Below, piece by piece: positions 8,758 through 15,317 of a stretch of 24,000 bases of DNA (its first letter is position 1; every line of letters starts with the position of its first letter). The stretch lies in the NCBI RefSeq assembly GCF_004011885.1, contig NZ_SBEF01000008.1, forward strand, positions 34,068 through 58,067, written 5' to 3'. Under the pieces are notes generated by a model. That model ran no database searches. It saw nothing but the letters and a program-made list of their open reading frames with translations, and was not told the DNA's origin. This stretch comes from Serratia microhaemolytica (GTDB lineage: Bacteria > Pseudomonadota > Gammaproteobacteria > Enterobacterales > Enterobacteriaceae). The translations under genes and the position numbers were made by a program.

Positions 8758-10092
8758 TTATCCTTGTGAAAAGAAAAGATGCTGACTGTCCGCTTGAACA
8801 GTAATGCCTCTCAAGCGGGCAACCTTAATAAGATAACCATTAACTTTGTTAAACTTCATCTTTTTTTCATCAGGTTGGGATAAGTTCGCTGGAGTAAAAC
8901 GTTCTCCTTTTCGTGTACGGTGCAGTTGTAATTTTTCAAAAGCAGACTGGATCTTCTCTCGTTTGTGCTGACATCCACTTTCTTTAATAAATAGATAAAA
9001 AATATCTGGCACCAACAGGTACACGAAACCGGCAATAAAATGCACGCGTGACGCAGGTTCATTCGCGCTAATCGTACCAGTCGACAAACCATGAATCAGC
9101 CAAGTTAGGAACTGTTCCCCGAGTGACCGCACAGGTACTATTTCCGTGTCTCCATAATCCTCCAACGGTACAGGTGATAGTTTTGTGGGTTCATCTGGCA
9201 GCATGACAGGGATCGGTGTGTCCTCAGCAATCTCACTTTGTGATGGCATCACATCAGGCTGAATAGGTGCTACATTGGGCACTGTCTGCGCTGTTGATGG
9301 CAGTAATGTGACGATATCGAACTCATGCGAAGGCACAAGAGGTTCAATCGTTGTGGCGGGTTGGTTCATGGCCAACGGTGAAGCAACACGTTCTGCCGAC
9401 TGTTGCAGTAATGACCTGATTAATGGCATGGCTGGCTTGCTATTCCACAATGCGCCAGCAAGATTACTCAAGGCTGCCGGATTGCCTGCTAACCAACGGA
9501 TCCCCGCTATGGGCATCAACTGATTGGCGATCACCGCAGCCAACGCCGAAATGTCCTTAGCAGCCAGCGAAGATGGACGAAACCGGAAGCGATAAGGCCC
9601 AGCAGGCACAGTGATCCCCGGTTGCCAGATATTTCCCGTACTCTCCTCACCCTCCAGGTGAGTTAATAAGGGCAGATGGTAAAACAGGGCAGCCCAGAAA
9701 ATGACCGCTTGCCACATCACGCCTTGTGATGCCTGATCTTCTGGTGTGGCACCGGGTGGGAACATATAGCCTTTCGACAGCCTAACGGCATTGGCAGTAA
9801 AGCGTAGCGTTAAATCACCAAATCCACCGGTGTATGCCCAGTCACCACAGATAGCAGCAGGAACATGCTGCACATATTCCAGTAACTGGGTGATGGGCAT
9901 CAGATACAGGCTCTGATACAGCTCACTGGGCAGTGAACTGCTCTCCTTAATCTTTAGCAGGCAATCTTGGCGTAATGCGCTGGTCAGCAAGCTATCTACG
10001 GATTCAGGGGCATAGTACCCCTCGTGCGTTGGTGCTAACGAGGTATCACGCAGCGCTGTACGTAATAACAATGTTTTGATTTTACTGAGCAT
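8758..10092 (-). CDS. traI: ICE relaxase/putative helicase, TraI_2 family (PFGI-1 class, MOBH-like)
   Basis: 444 aa. The N-terminal pattern (...LLEYVQHVPAA...GGFGDLTLRFTANAVRL...VIFWAALFYHLP) and the C-terminal block (FLTWLIHGL..ISANEPASRVHFIAGFVYLLVPDIFYLF...IQSAFEKLQLH) resemble the Pfam TraI_2 / TraI_2_C proteins of PAPI-1/ICEclc-type elements. This is recognised from memory only. It stops 13 nt before int. Confidence 0.65.
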   Translation of the reverse strand: MLSKIKTLLLRTALRDTSLAPTHEGYYAPESVDSLLTSALRQDCLLKIKESSSLPSELYQSLYLMPITQLLEYVQHVPAAICGDWAYTGGFGDLTLRFTANAVRLSKGYMFPPGATPEDQASQGVMWQAVIFWAALFYHLPLLTHLEGEESTGNIWQPGITVPAGPYRFRFRPSSLAAKDISALAAVIANQLMPIAGIRWLAGNPAALSNLAGALWNSKPAMPLIRSLLQQSAERVASPLAMNQPATTIEPLVPSHEFDIVTLLPSTAQTVPNVAPIQPDVMPSQSEIAEDTPIPVMLPDEPTKLSPVPLEDYGDTEIVPVRSLGEQFLTWLIHGLSTGTISANEPASRVHFIAGFVYLLVPDIFYLFIKESGCQHKREKIQSAFEKLQLHRTRKGERFTPANLSQPDEKKMKFNKVNGYLIKVARLRGITVQADSQHLFFSQG

Positions 10093-10188
10093 GAAAAGGA
10101 GCCGAGGGAATCAACCCTAATAGACGATTAATTTTGTTATCGCTGATTTCATTCTAAATGAAAGAGTTAAGAGCAAGTTACAAATTCA

Positions 10189-10695
10189 TCAGCGCTTCTC
10201 TTCTTTGAGGTCTTTTTCGTGGAGATCAATGTTTATCAAAGCCAATTTCACCCCCTCATAAATATCCCCTTGCCCCAAATTATGAGCACGCTTCCACAAC
10301 GGTTCATCAAGCGGTAGCCAGAGTGGCAGCCAGTGCGTTGACCCACTGACGGGTGCTGCACTCTCCTGCTCCTTTGAAAGATCTCCTGCTGCGTCTTGAT
10401 ATTCTCCCTTTTTTCTGCTGATGTTATTGCCGATACCAACAAATAGCGCTGTGAAAAAGGACACAGTAAAAGTGAGCATCCAGGCTTGTAAGATCAAGTG
10501 CTTGGCAAAACCCATTTTGACTTCAATAGTGGTGTCTACCATCTCTTGCCCTATCTCAATCAATCCGCTTGTTGGGAAGAATACAACAGACATCATTACG
10601 AAAAATGGCGTAAATAACATGCTCTCTTTCAGTGCATGGATCAGCAGGGGTAATAGTCTTTTGCACGGATTAATGGCGTTTTTCAATGGATTCAT
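10189..10695 (-). CDS. Hypothetical membrane protein (2-3 TM segments, charged C-terminus)
   Basis: 168-aa ORF co-oriented with traI. Hydrophobic segments are FTPFFVMMSVVFFPTSGLI and LILQAWMLTFTVSFFTALFVGIG. No family recognised. Confidence 0.55.
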   Translation of the reverse strand: MNPLKNAINPCKRLLPLLIHALKESMLFTPFFVMMSVVFFPTSGLIEIGQEMVDTTIEVKMGFAKHLILQAWMLTFTVSFFTALFVGIGNNISRKKGEYQDAAGDLSKEQESAAPVSGSTHWLPLWLPLDEPLWKRAHNLGQGDIYEGVKLALINIDLHEKDLKEEKR

Positions 10696-10756
10696 TGTGT
10701 TCTTTCCAATCGCAGATTAAGTCAGCTTACCATGACAAAAACACAACATTGTGACG

Positions 10757-10789
10757 ATAAAAAACTCTCAACAGCGAAGTGAGAGTTTT
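10757..10789 (-). terminator. Intrinsic terminator (minus strand)
   Basis: On the minus strand aaaactctca-cttcgctgt-tgagagtttt is followed by TTTTTTAT. Confidence 0.65.
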
Positions 10790-10903
10790 ATTCAGACAGA
10801 TATCCCCCTCTTTCGAAGGGGATGAGGTTATTCCAAGGTGAATGACTACTTGTAATGTCAAGCGTTCTGGCACCATTGAGACATAGTTAACATCCTCTCT
10901 TTA

Positions 10904-10943
10904 AGAAAAAAAGAGGGCCTTGTCCCATGAGGAACAAGGCCCC
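10904..10943 (-). terminator. Intrinsic terminator of the antirestriction-radC transcription unit
   Basis: On the minus strand gggccttgt-tcctcatggg-acaaggccc (9 bp) is followed by tcTTTTTTTctt, 75 nt past the radC-like stop. Confidence 0.7.
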
Positions 10944-11017
10944 ATGGGGAGATAACAGGGGTTATAACTGCTGCTATCCAACAGTAAATGGTGATGAGAT
11001 CACATTGGGTAAAAACA

Positions 11018-11470
11018 CTACAATAAGCCTTGATCAGCAAAGGAGACTATTTGCCCATGACCAATCACCATATGATCCAGCACAGGGACATCTATCAATG
11101 ACAGTGCTTGCTTTAACCTATCAGTGACCTGCCTGTCTGCTTGGCTGGGTTCTGCCACACCTGAAGGGTGGTTATGGGCAAAAATGACAGCGCCTGCATT
11201 GTAAAACAGCACCTGTTTGACGATTTCTCGCGGATAAACATTGACTGAATTCAATGTGCCAGTGAATACCGTTTCACCGGCAATCAAACGATGTTGGTTG
11301 TCTAGATACATCACAAAAAAGATTTCGCGCTCTAGCCCTTCCAGATGTAAACGCAGGTAGCGACGCACCGTACCAGAATGAGTGAACTGGATCTCACATG
11401 TTTGTAGTCGGCTCTCCAACAAACTGATTGCCTGTGTGATGATTTTCTGTTCATGATCTTGATAATACAT
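11018..11470 (-). CDS. radC: RadC-like JAB/JAMM domain protein (DUF2466)
   Basis: 150 aa with the JAMM motif AVIFAHNHPSGVAEPSQADRQVT and C-terminal LDHMVIG. Typical island RadC/YeeS/YfjY-like protein. Confidence 0.9.
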   Translation of the reverse strand: MYYQDHEQKIITQAISLLESRLQTCEIQFTHSGTVRRYLRLHLEGLEREIFFVMYLDNQHRLIAGETVFTGTLNSVNVYPREIVKQVLFYNAGAVIFAHNHPSGVAEPSQADRQVTDRLKQALSLIDVPVLDHMVIGHGQIVSFADQGLL

Positions 11471-11494
11471 GGTATTTTCCCGTCATAAAAAGGG

Positions 11495-11534
11495 GGGAAT
11501 ACCCTGCCTTTGGCGGGACGTATTCCCGCAAAGG
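11495..11534 (-). promoter_or_regulatory. 5'-leader two-helix RNA motif, copy 3 (upstream of radC-like gene)
   Basis: On the minus strand H1 is CCUUUGCGGGA-AUACG-UCCCGC(C)AAAGG and H2 is GGGAAUAC/GUAUUCCC, followed by CCCUUUUUA. The motif ends 25 nt before ATG 11470. Confidence 0.55.
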
Positions 11535-11589
11535 TTAATGAATTCATCTGCCTCACCGGTAACGGCTTCAGGCATGAATAAACGTGATG

Positions 11590-12057
11590 CTAATCAATTG
11601 CACCGGCAATGGCAAAACTCTCGCGAACGTCAAATGAGTAATCACGAAGCCAGTGATAACATTCGGTGAAGTACTCGTCCTCTTGGTTCTTATCGTGCGC
11701 CAGCTCAGCTAATGCACACAATGCAAACAGTGAAACCGTTATCCCTAATGCCTGAGCGCTCATCTCACCTTGGTAATAATTGGATTGCACGCTGATCCGA
11801 TAGGTCTTTTCAGTCTTAGGACAGATAAAAAAACCTCCATTTGAAAGCGTGTACCAATCCCAACTATCAATCAGGTAATCATCACAGAATTGTCGAGCAA
11901 AACGGAAGCAGAGGTCATTGAAGACAAATAAATTATACTCAATGTTCTGTCTACCCTGTTGCCTCATCGTGACGGACTGTTTGTAACAGCCCAGTGCCAG
12001 AGACTCCTCCCGAAATGCTTGGATGCCGGTTATATTAACTTCAATGGATTGTGTCAT
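11590..12057 (-). CDS. Antirestriction protein, ArdB/KlcA (Pfam Antirestrict) family
   Basis: 155 aa. WDWYTLSNGGFFICP...YQGEMSAQALGITVSLFALCALAE...YHWLRDY...AIAGAID is collinear with E. coli YfjX/YafX/KlcA-type proteins. Confidence 0.85.
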   Translation of the reverse strand: MTQSIEVNITGIQAFREESLALGCYKQSVTMRQQGRQNIEYNLFVFNDLCFRFARQFCDDYLIDSWDWYTLSNGGFFICPKTEKTYRISVQSNYYQGEMSAQALGITVSLFALCALAELAHDKNQEDEYFTECYHWLRDYSFDVRESFAIAGAID

Positions 12058-12077
12058 GGTCGATCCTCAAAACATGC

Positions 12078-12110
12078 AGGATCTGCCCTTTGCGGAGAGA
12101 TCCCGCAAAG
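12078..12110 (-). promoter_or_regulatory. 5'-leader two-helix RNA motif, copy 2 (upstream of antirestriction gene)
   Basis: On the minus strand H1 is CUUUGCGG-GAUCUCU-CCGCAAAG and H2 is GGGAUCU/AGAUCCU (one G.U pair), followed by GCAUGUUUU. The motif ends 21 nt before ATG 12057. Confidence 0.55.
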
Positions 12111-12144
12111 TGTGGGTAAAATGGCAGTATTCAAATAACTTGAC

Positions 12145-12513
12145 TTAGATGTGACGATAAGACCACACAAGTTTTTTAGCTAAAAAACACGCTTCAATGT
12201 AGGCACTGTTGATATCACACCGAATAGAGTCATCAATCGCACAATATTGATAGTGATAATCGCCAGAGGCAGTGAAATAGCGACATAAAATAGTGAATTG
12301 GCAATAACCCTCAATTAAGTTATCAACAATCACGCGACAGCCAAAACTTCCTGACTTGCTCTCCATCCATTTACTTTCAATCACTTGGTACATTTCACGT
12401 TCTGCTTGCTTAATTTTTTTCGGCAAAACATGACGTAAAAATGAAGCGGCGTATTTGAAAAAAGGAACAGTCTGGATCTCAAATCCAACACGGATCTCAG
12501 TTGCTATTTGCAT
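12145..12513 (-). CDS. Hypothetical protein (122 aa), first gene of the antirestriction-radC unit
   Basis: ORF taken from M11 of the track ORF (MQIATEIRVGFEIQ...) because SD ggag lies 7 nt upstream of ATG 12513. No family recognised. Confidence 0.6.
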   Translation of the reverse strand: MQIATEIRVGFEIQTVPFFKYAASFLRHVLPKKIKQAEREMYQVIESKWMESKSGSFGCRVIVDNLIEGYCQFTILCRYFTASGDYHYQYCAIDDSIRCDINSAYIEACFLAKKLVWSYRHI

Positions 12514-12532
12514 GGTGTACTCCAATAAAAAA

Positions 12533-12574
12533 GGGAACACCATGCCCCTGATGGGATGGATGCTCCCTTCAGGG
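12533..12574 (-). promoter_or_regulatory. 5'-leader two-helix RNA motif, copy 1 (upstream of the 122-aa ORF)
   Basis: On the minus strand H1 is CCCUGAAGGGA-GCAUCCA-UCCCAUCAGGG (one A-A mismatch) and H2 is GGGAGCAUC/GGUGUUCCC (two G.U pairs), followed by UUUUUUA. The motif ends 20 nt before ATG 12513. Confidence 0.55.
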
Positions 12575-12627
12575 TGAGTTTAGATTGGATGCCCAGCGCG
12601 TTAGCACTGAAGACATGGCGGTAGATT

Positions 12628-12813
12628 CAAGAAACCTTCATCGTCGCGTCATAGTGCGCGGGTATTGACGATATCTGCTTCCAAAGGTGTGCAGATGTAC
12701 CACATTTGCATGTTCTCCCTTGCAGGCTACGGGAGTGTTGTTGTGCCGCCACCCGAAGGCGTTCCTCACAGGCGACAGGAACATTGGTGGTTGCTCGAAA
12801 GCAACGGATAAGC
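12628..12813. repeat. Structured ~185-nt element, copy A (candidate ncRNA or ssDNA element; strand unresolved)
   Basis: Aligns end to end with 15136-15317. Five helices are conserved, two with compensatory changes. No conserved reading frame. Confidence 0.7.
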
Positions 12814-12891
12814 CTGAACATTCTTGAATGACTTTTCGTAAATGTCAAGACGATACTCTTTTTGGGGTTCCTGGCTCCAATCAAACCATAC

Positions 12892-12920
12892 TTGACGTGA
12901 AAAGTCAGGCACTCTATCAT
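12892..12920 (+). promoter_or_regulatory. parDE promoter (-35 TTGACG, 17 nt, -10 TATCAT)
   Basis: ttgacg-tgaaaagtcaggcactc-tatcat, 29 nt upstream of the parD ATG. A TGAC-N7-GTCA dyad overlaps the -35. Confidence 0.6.
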
Positions 12921-12948
12921 TGTGTGAATAATTAACACTGGAGGCAGC

Positions 12949-13191
12949 ATGAGCAGAACAACAAGTGTGACCATTGGCGAACAACTCAATGCATTCATTA
13001 GCCGTCTCATCGAAAGTGGACGCTACGGCTCTGCCAGTGAAGTGATGCGTTCCGCGTTACGATTGCTTGAGCAGCAGGAAGCCAAAGATGAACAAATTCG
13101 CTTGGCCGTTCTCGCCGGACTGGAAAGCGGCGAGAGCCCTCTCTCACTGAGTGACATCGCTGCACAAAAAAAGCAAAAGCATCGTGTATAA
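12949..13191 (+). CDS. parD: Type II antitoxin, ParD family (ribbon-helix-helix)
   Basis: 80 aa. MSRTTSVTIGEQLNAFISRLIESGRYGSASEVMRSALRLLEQQE is the canonical ParD/COG3609 N-terminus. SD ggagg is present. Confidence 0.88.
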   Translation: MSRTTSVTIGEQLNAFISRLIESGRYGSASEVMRSALRLLEQQEAKDEQIRLAVLAGLESGESPLSLSDIAAQKKQKHRV

Positions 13192-13471
13192 ACTCACTGA
13201 ACGCGCGGCTGATGACTTCGGCGGCATTTATGATTATACCTTGCTGAAATTTGGCGAAGCACAGGCGGATCTTTACACCGATACCCTTGAGGCATTCTTC
13301 GAAACATTAGCTGAAATGCCTACTATCGGACGTGATTATCTTGTCGTTCCTGGCATAATGCGTATTGAATTCCAACAGCATGTTATTTTTTATTCTGTTC
13401 GGGATAACGATATTCTGATTATCCGTATATTACACCAACAAATGAGTCATGAGCGCCATGTAGGGCATTGA
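13184..13471 (+). CDS. parE: Type II toxin, ParE/RelE family
   Basis: (M)YKLTERAADDFGGIYDYTLLKFGEAQADLY...IIRILHQQM is the typical ParE pattern. I chose GTG 13184, which overlaps the parD stop (GTGTATAA). GTG 13151 is an alternative start. Confidence 0.82.
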   Translation: MYKLTERAADDFGGIYDYTLLKFGEAQADLYTDTLEAFFETLAEMPTIGRDYLVVPGIMRIEFQQHVIFYSVRDNDILIIRILHQQMSHERHVGH

Positions 13472-13517
13472 GATTTTAATTAATGTGACGATCATACTGT
13501 TTACATACTTTGTAAAA

Positions 13518-13543
13518 GGTCACAGCCAGTGTGGGCTGTGACC
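13518..13543. terminator. Hairpin between convergent parE and recombinase genes
   Basis: ggtcacagcc-agtgtg-ggctgtgacc (10-bp perfect stem). TTTT follows on the minus strand and the tail on the plus strand is weak. Confidence 0.55.
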
Positions 13544-13567
13544 GAAACGTCCAGCGCTGTGTAACCG

Positions 13568-14455
13568 TTATTCATCGCCCTGACGAAAATAAACCTGTTT
13601 GACATATCGGCCTCTGCCATCACCATGCCCTAAATCCATAGAGACCAATGCGCCTGCTTCTTCACGGCTCATACCCATTTTAATATGATGATCCACTGCA
13701 TCGCGTGCATAAGCATAACGTAAACTGTGTGGCGAATATTTGCCGTTTAAACCGGCTTCACGCACGACATTTCTATACCGATCAATGGCAGTATGTAGTG
13801 AAGACCGATTAATCAGCTTGCCGTCATTTTCATTACAGTACGTTATTGCACGAGCAAGTAGAGACAATACTTTATCACGTTCAAAAATCGTTGTTTCACG
13901 AGGACGCCCCCCTTTAGTGCCAAATACCACACGCACCCGTTCATGACCCTTTTGTAATTCAGCCTGCCACGTCTTAAGCGATTTTGCTGATTGCACCGCT
14001 TCTTCTGTTCTTAAACCAATATAGCGAGAGAGTTCAATCGCCAATGCAACACCAGGATCTTTCTCTAAAACCAATTTAATCACTTCATGCAACTTCTCAT
14101 CAGGGATAGGTCGTTTAGTGCCATCTCGGCTGGCGCCCGCAATCCCCAATGCCCTATTACTCAGTTGTTCATGATGAGAATCAGATAGCTTATTTCTGCC
14201 TGCCACCGACAAGATGGCGCGCAGCGCTGCCATTTCATTTTGCAGTGTACGCAGCGATATATTTTCCACCTTTCGACTATTAATGTAATTTTCAATATGC
14301 TTAATCTTGATGTGTTTTACATCTTTGATTTGAATATTGAGCTTTGCCAGGCGCTCAGAAAATCGGTCAGCAATTTTCGAACGATCCGCCACAGTTTTAA
14401 AGCTCCCACCCGCCTGACGAGCGAATGTTACAAGTTGCTTGCTCAGTTTAGACAT
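13568..14455 (-). CDS. Second tyrosine recombinase (small phage-integrase-family protein, Integrase_1-like)
   Basis: 295 aa with IGLRTEEAV (Arg), SPHSLRYAYA (HxxR) and DLGHGDGRGRYVKQVY (His, Tyr). SD ggaga is present. The subfamily name is from memory only. Confidence 0.75.
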   Translation of the reverse strand: MSKLSKQLVTFARQAGGSFKTVADRSKIADRFSERLAKLNIQIKDVKHIKIKHIENYINSRKVENISLRTLQNEMAALRAILSVAGRNKLSDSHHEQLSNRALGIAGASRDGTKRPIPDEKLHEVIKLVLEKDPGVALAIELSRYIGLRTEEAVQSAKSLKTWQAELQKGHERVRVVFGTKGGRPRETTIFERDKVLSLLARAITYCNENDGKLINRSSLHTAIDRYRNVVREAGLNGKYSPHSLRYAYARDAVDHHIKMGMSREEAGALVSMDLGHGDGRGRYVKQVYFRQGDE

Positions 14456-14809
14456 ATCGATATCTCCAATGGCTCACCCAACCGTCAACAAAATAATTTC
14501 ATCTCCGACGACACGGTTATTCTTGCGCTTCCTGCGTCTCAACGGGTACCTGTGCATCGGAGCGGCGAAATGTTGAGTTATTGCAAGGCTCCCCAGGTCT
14601 CTGACCTGTTTGCTGCTAATGCAGAGCTGACATTCGTCAAGCTGCCTCCGACACTACTTTCGCAGTGTCGCCATCGATACCGAGTTGATTGATTTCCTCC
14701 TTATAAATGGAACGGTTAGACGGTTTACCGTCATCGTTACGTTGATGTTGAAAGTCAATCCCAGTTACCACAGTGACTACGTGTGTGTCAGAGGGTACTG
14801 GAATGGTGA

Positions 14810-14830
14810 AAACCACGCATGGCGTGGTTT
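14810..14830. other. Hairpin aaaccacgc-atg-gcgtggttt
   Basis: 9-bp perfect stem. On the minus strand it reads as stem + TTTTCAC (terminator-like). Confidence 0.45.
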
Positions 14831-14842
14831 GCCGTTAATGAC

Positions 14843-14897
14843 GCTTGCGGCGTCACTTGGTAGTGTCTTCGCCACTTCACAAGTGACGCCGCAAAGC
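14843..14897. repeat. Long imperfect inverted repeat / cruciform-capable hairpin
   Basis: gcttgcggcgtcacttg (14843-14859) pairs with caagtgacgccgcaaagc (14880-14897) with one bulge. An inner agtg/cact stem is present. The left arm also contains the local palindrome tgacgc-ttgcg-gcgtca (14839-14855). Confidence 0.7.
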
Positions 14898-14952
14898 TCC
14901 GTGTTCCTAATGCATCGCCGTAAAGCGGCCAAATGTACCAATTGGCCTTATT

Positions 14953-15024
14953 ACGTCATGCAAAAGTCATACGGATCTCAAGGCGTCATGCAAAGAAATA
15001 AAGACGTTACGTCATAAAGACGTG
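14953..15024. repeat. Phased CGTCAT(G/A)(C/A)AA(A/G) direct repeats (TGACG-type half-sites)
   Basis: cgtcatgcaaa occurs at 14954-14964 and 14984-14994 (30-bp phase) and cgtcataaag at 15010-15019. Extra gacgtt/gacgtg lie at 15003 and 15019. Confidence 0.6.
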
Positions 15025-15135
15025 TTGAAACTCATCTCGGCAAAAATTCCCGATATGAGCGAACTGGCTAGCATGCATGGACAACGCTATGCATGTGCAA
15101 GTGGAATTACAGCCAACATACATATACATGGCTGC

Positions 15136-15317
15136 CAAGAACCTTCATCGTCGCGTCATAGTGCGCTTGTATTGACGACATCTGCTTTCAAAGGTGAGCA
15201 GATTTACCCATTTGCATGGACTCTCTTGCAGGTAACGAGAGCTCATGTAGCCACCCGAAGGCGTTCCTCACAGGCTACTAGGAACATTGGTGGTCGTCGT
15301 TTGACGACAGATAAAGC
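15136..15317. repeat. Structured ~185-nt element, copy B
   Basis: Homologous to 12628-12813 (see copy A). Flanking sequence is unrelated. Confidence 0.7.

Noticed and set aside
10093-10188. AT-rich spacer upstream of traI with the small dyad tttcatt-N-aatgaaa, considered as oriT
   Set aside because: It has only a 6-bp stem and no longer IR or repeat structure. The 14.8-15.1 kb region is a better oriT-like candidate, so there is not enough evidence to call it.
10858-11040. 60-aa minus-strand ORF downstream of radC
   Set aside because: It overlaps the radC 3' end and contains the intrinsic terminator hairpin and T-run. It has implausible composition and no SD.
12627-13010. 127-aa (-) ORF over element copy A, the 122-aa (+) ORF 15022-15390 over copy B, and the 33-codon ORF from ATG 12710
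   Set aside because: The two homologous DNA copies would be read on opposite strands or in different frames, and the indels destroy any common frame. The substitution pattern follows helices, not codons. The 127-aa ORF also runs antisense through the parD promoter and start.
14240-15017. ORFs 14240-14692 (+) and 14685-15017 (+) in or near the non-coding stretch
   Set aside because: The first is antisense to the recombinase 5' end. The second has a TTG start, no SD, and is made of the hairpin and repeat sequences. Residual uncertainty remains for the second.
12628-15317. Reading the 185-nt elements as Frpo-type single-strand promoters, as XerCD/dif-like sites (agtgcgc) or as integron attC sites
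   Set aside because: I could not place acceptable -35/-10 hexamers within a single long stem on either strand. The similarity to dif is limited to 7 nt. There is no attC-like R/L box symmetry. These remain testable ideas but are not supported by sequence.
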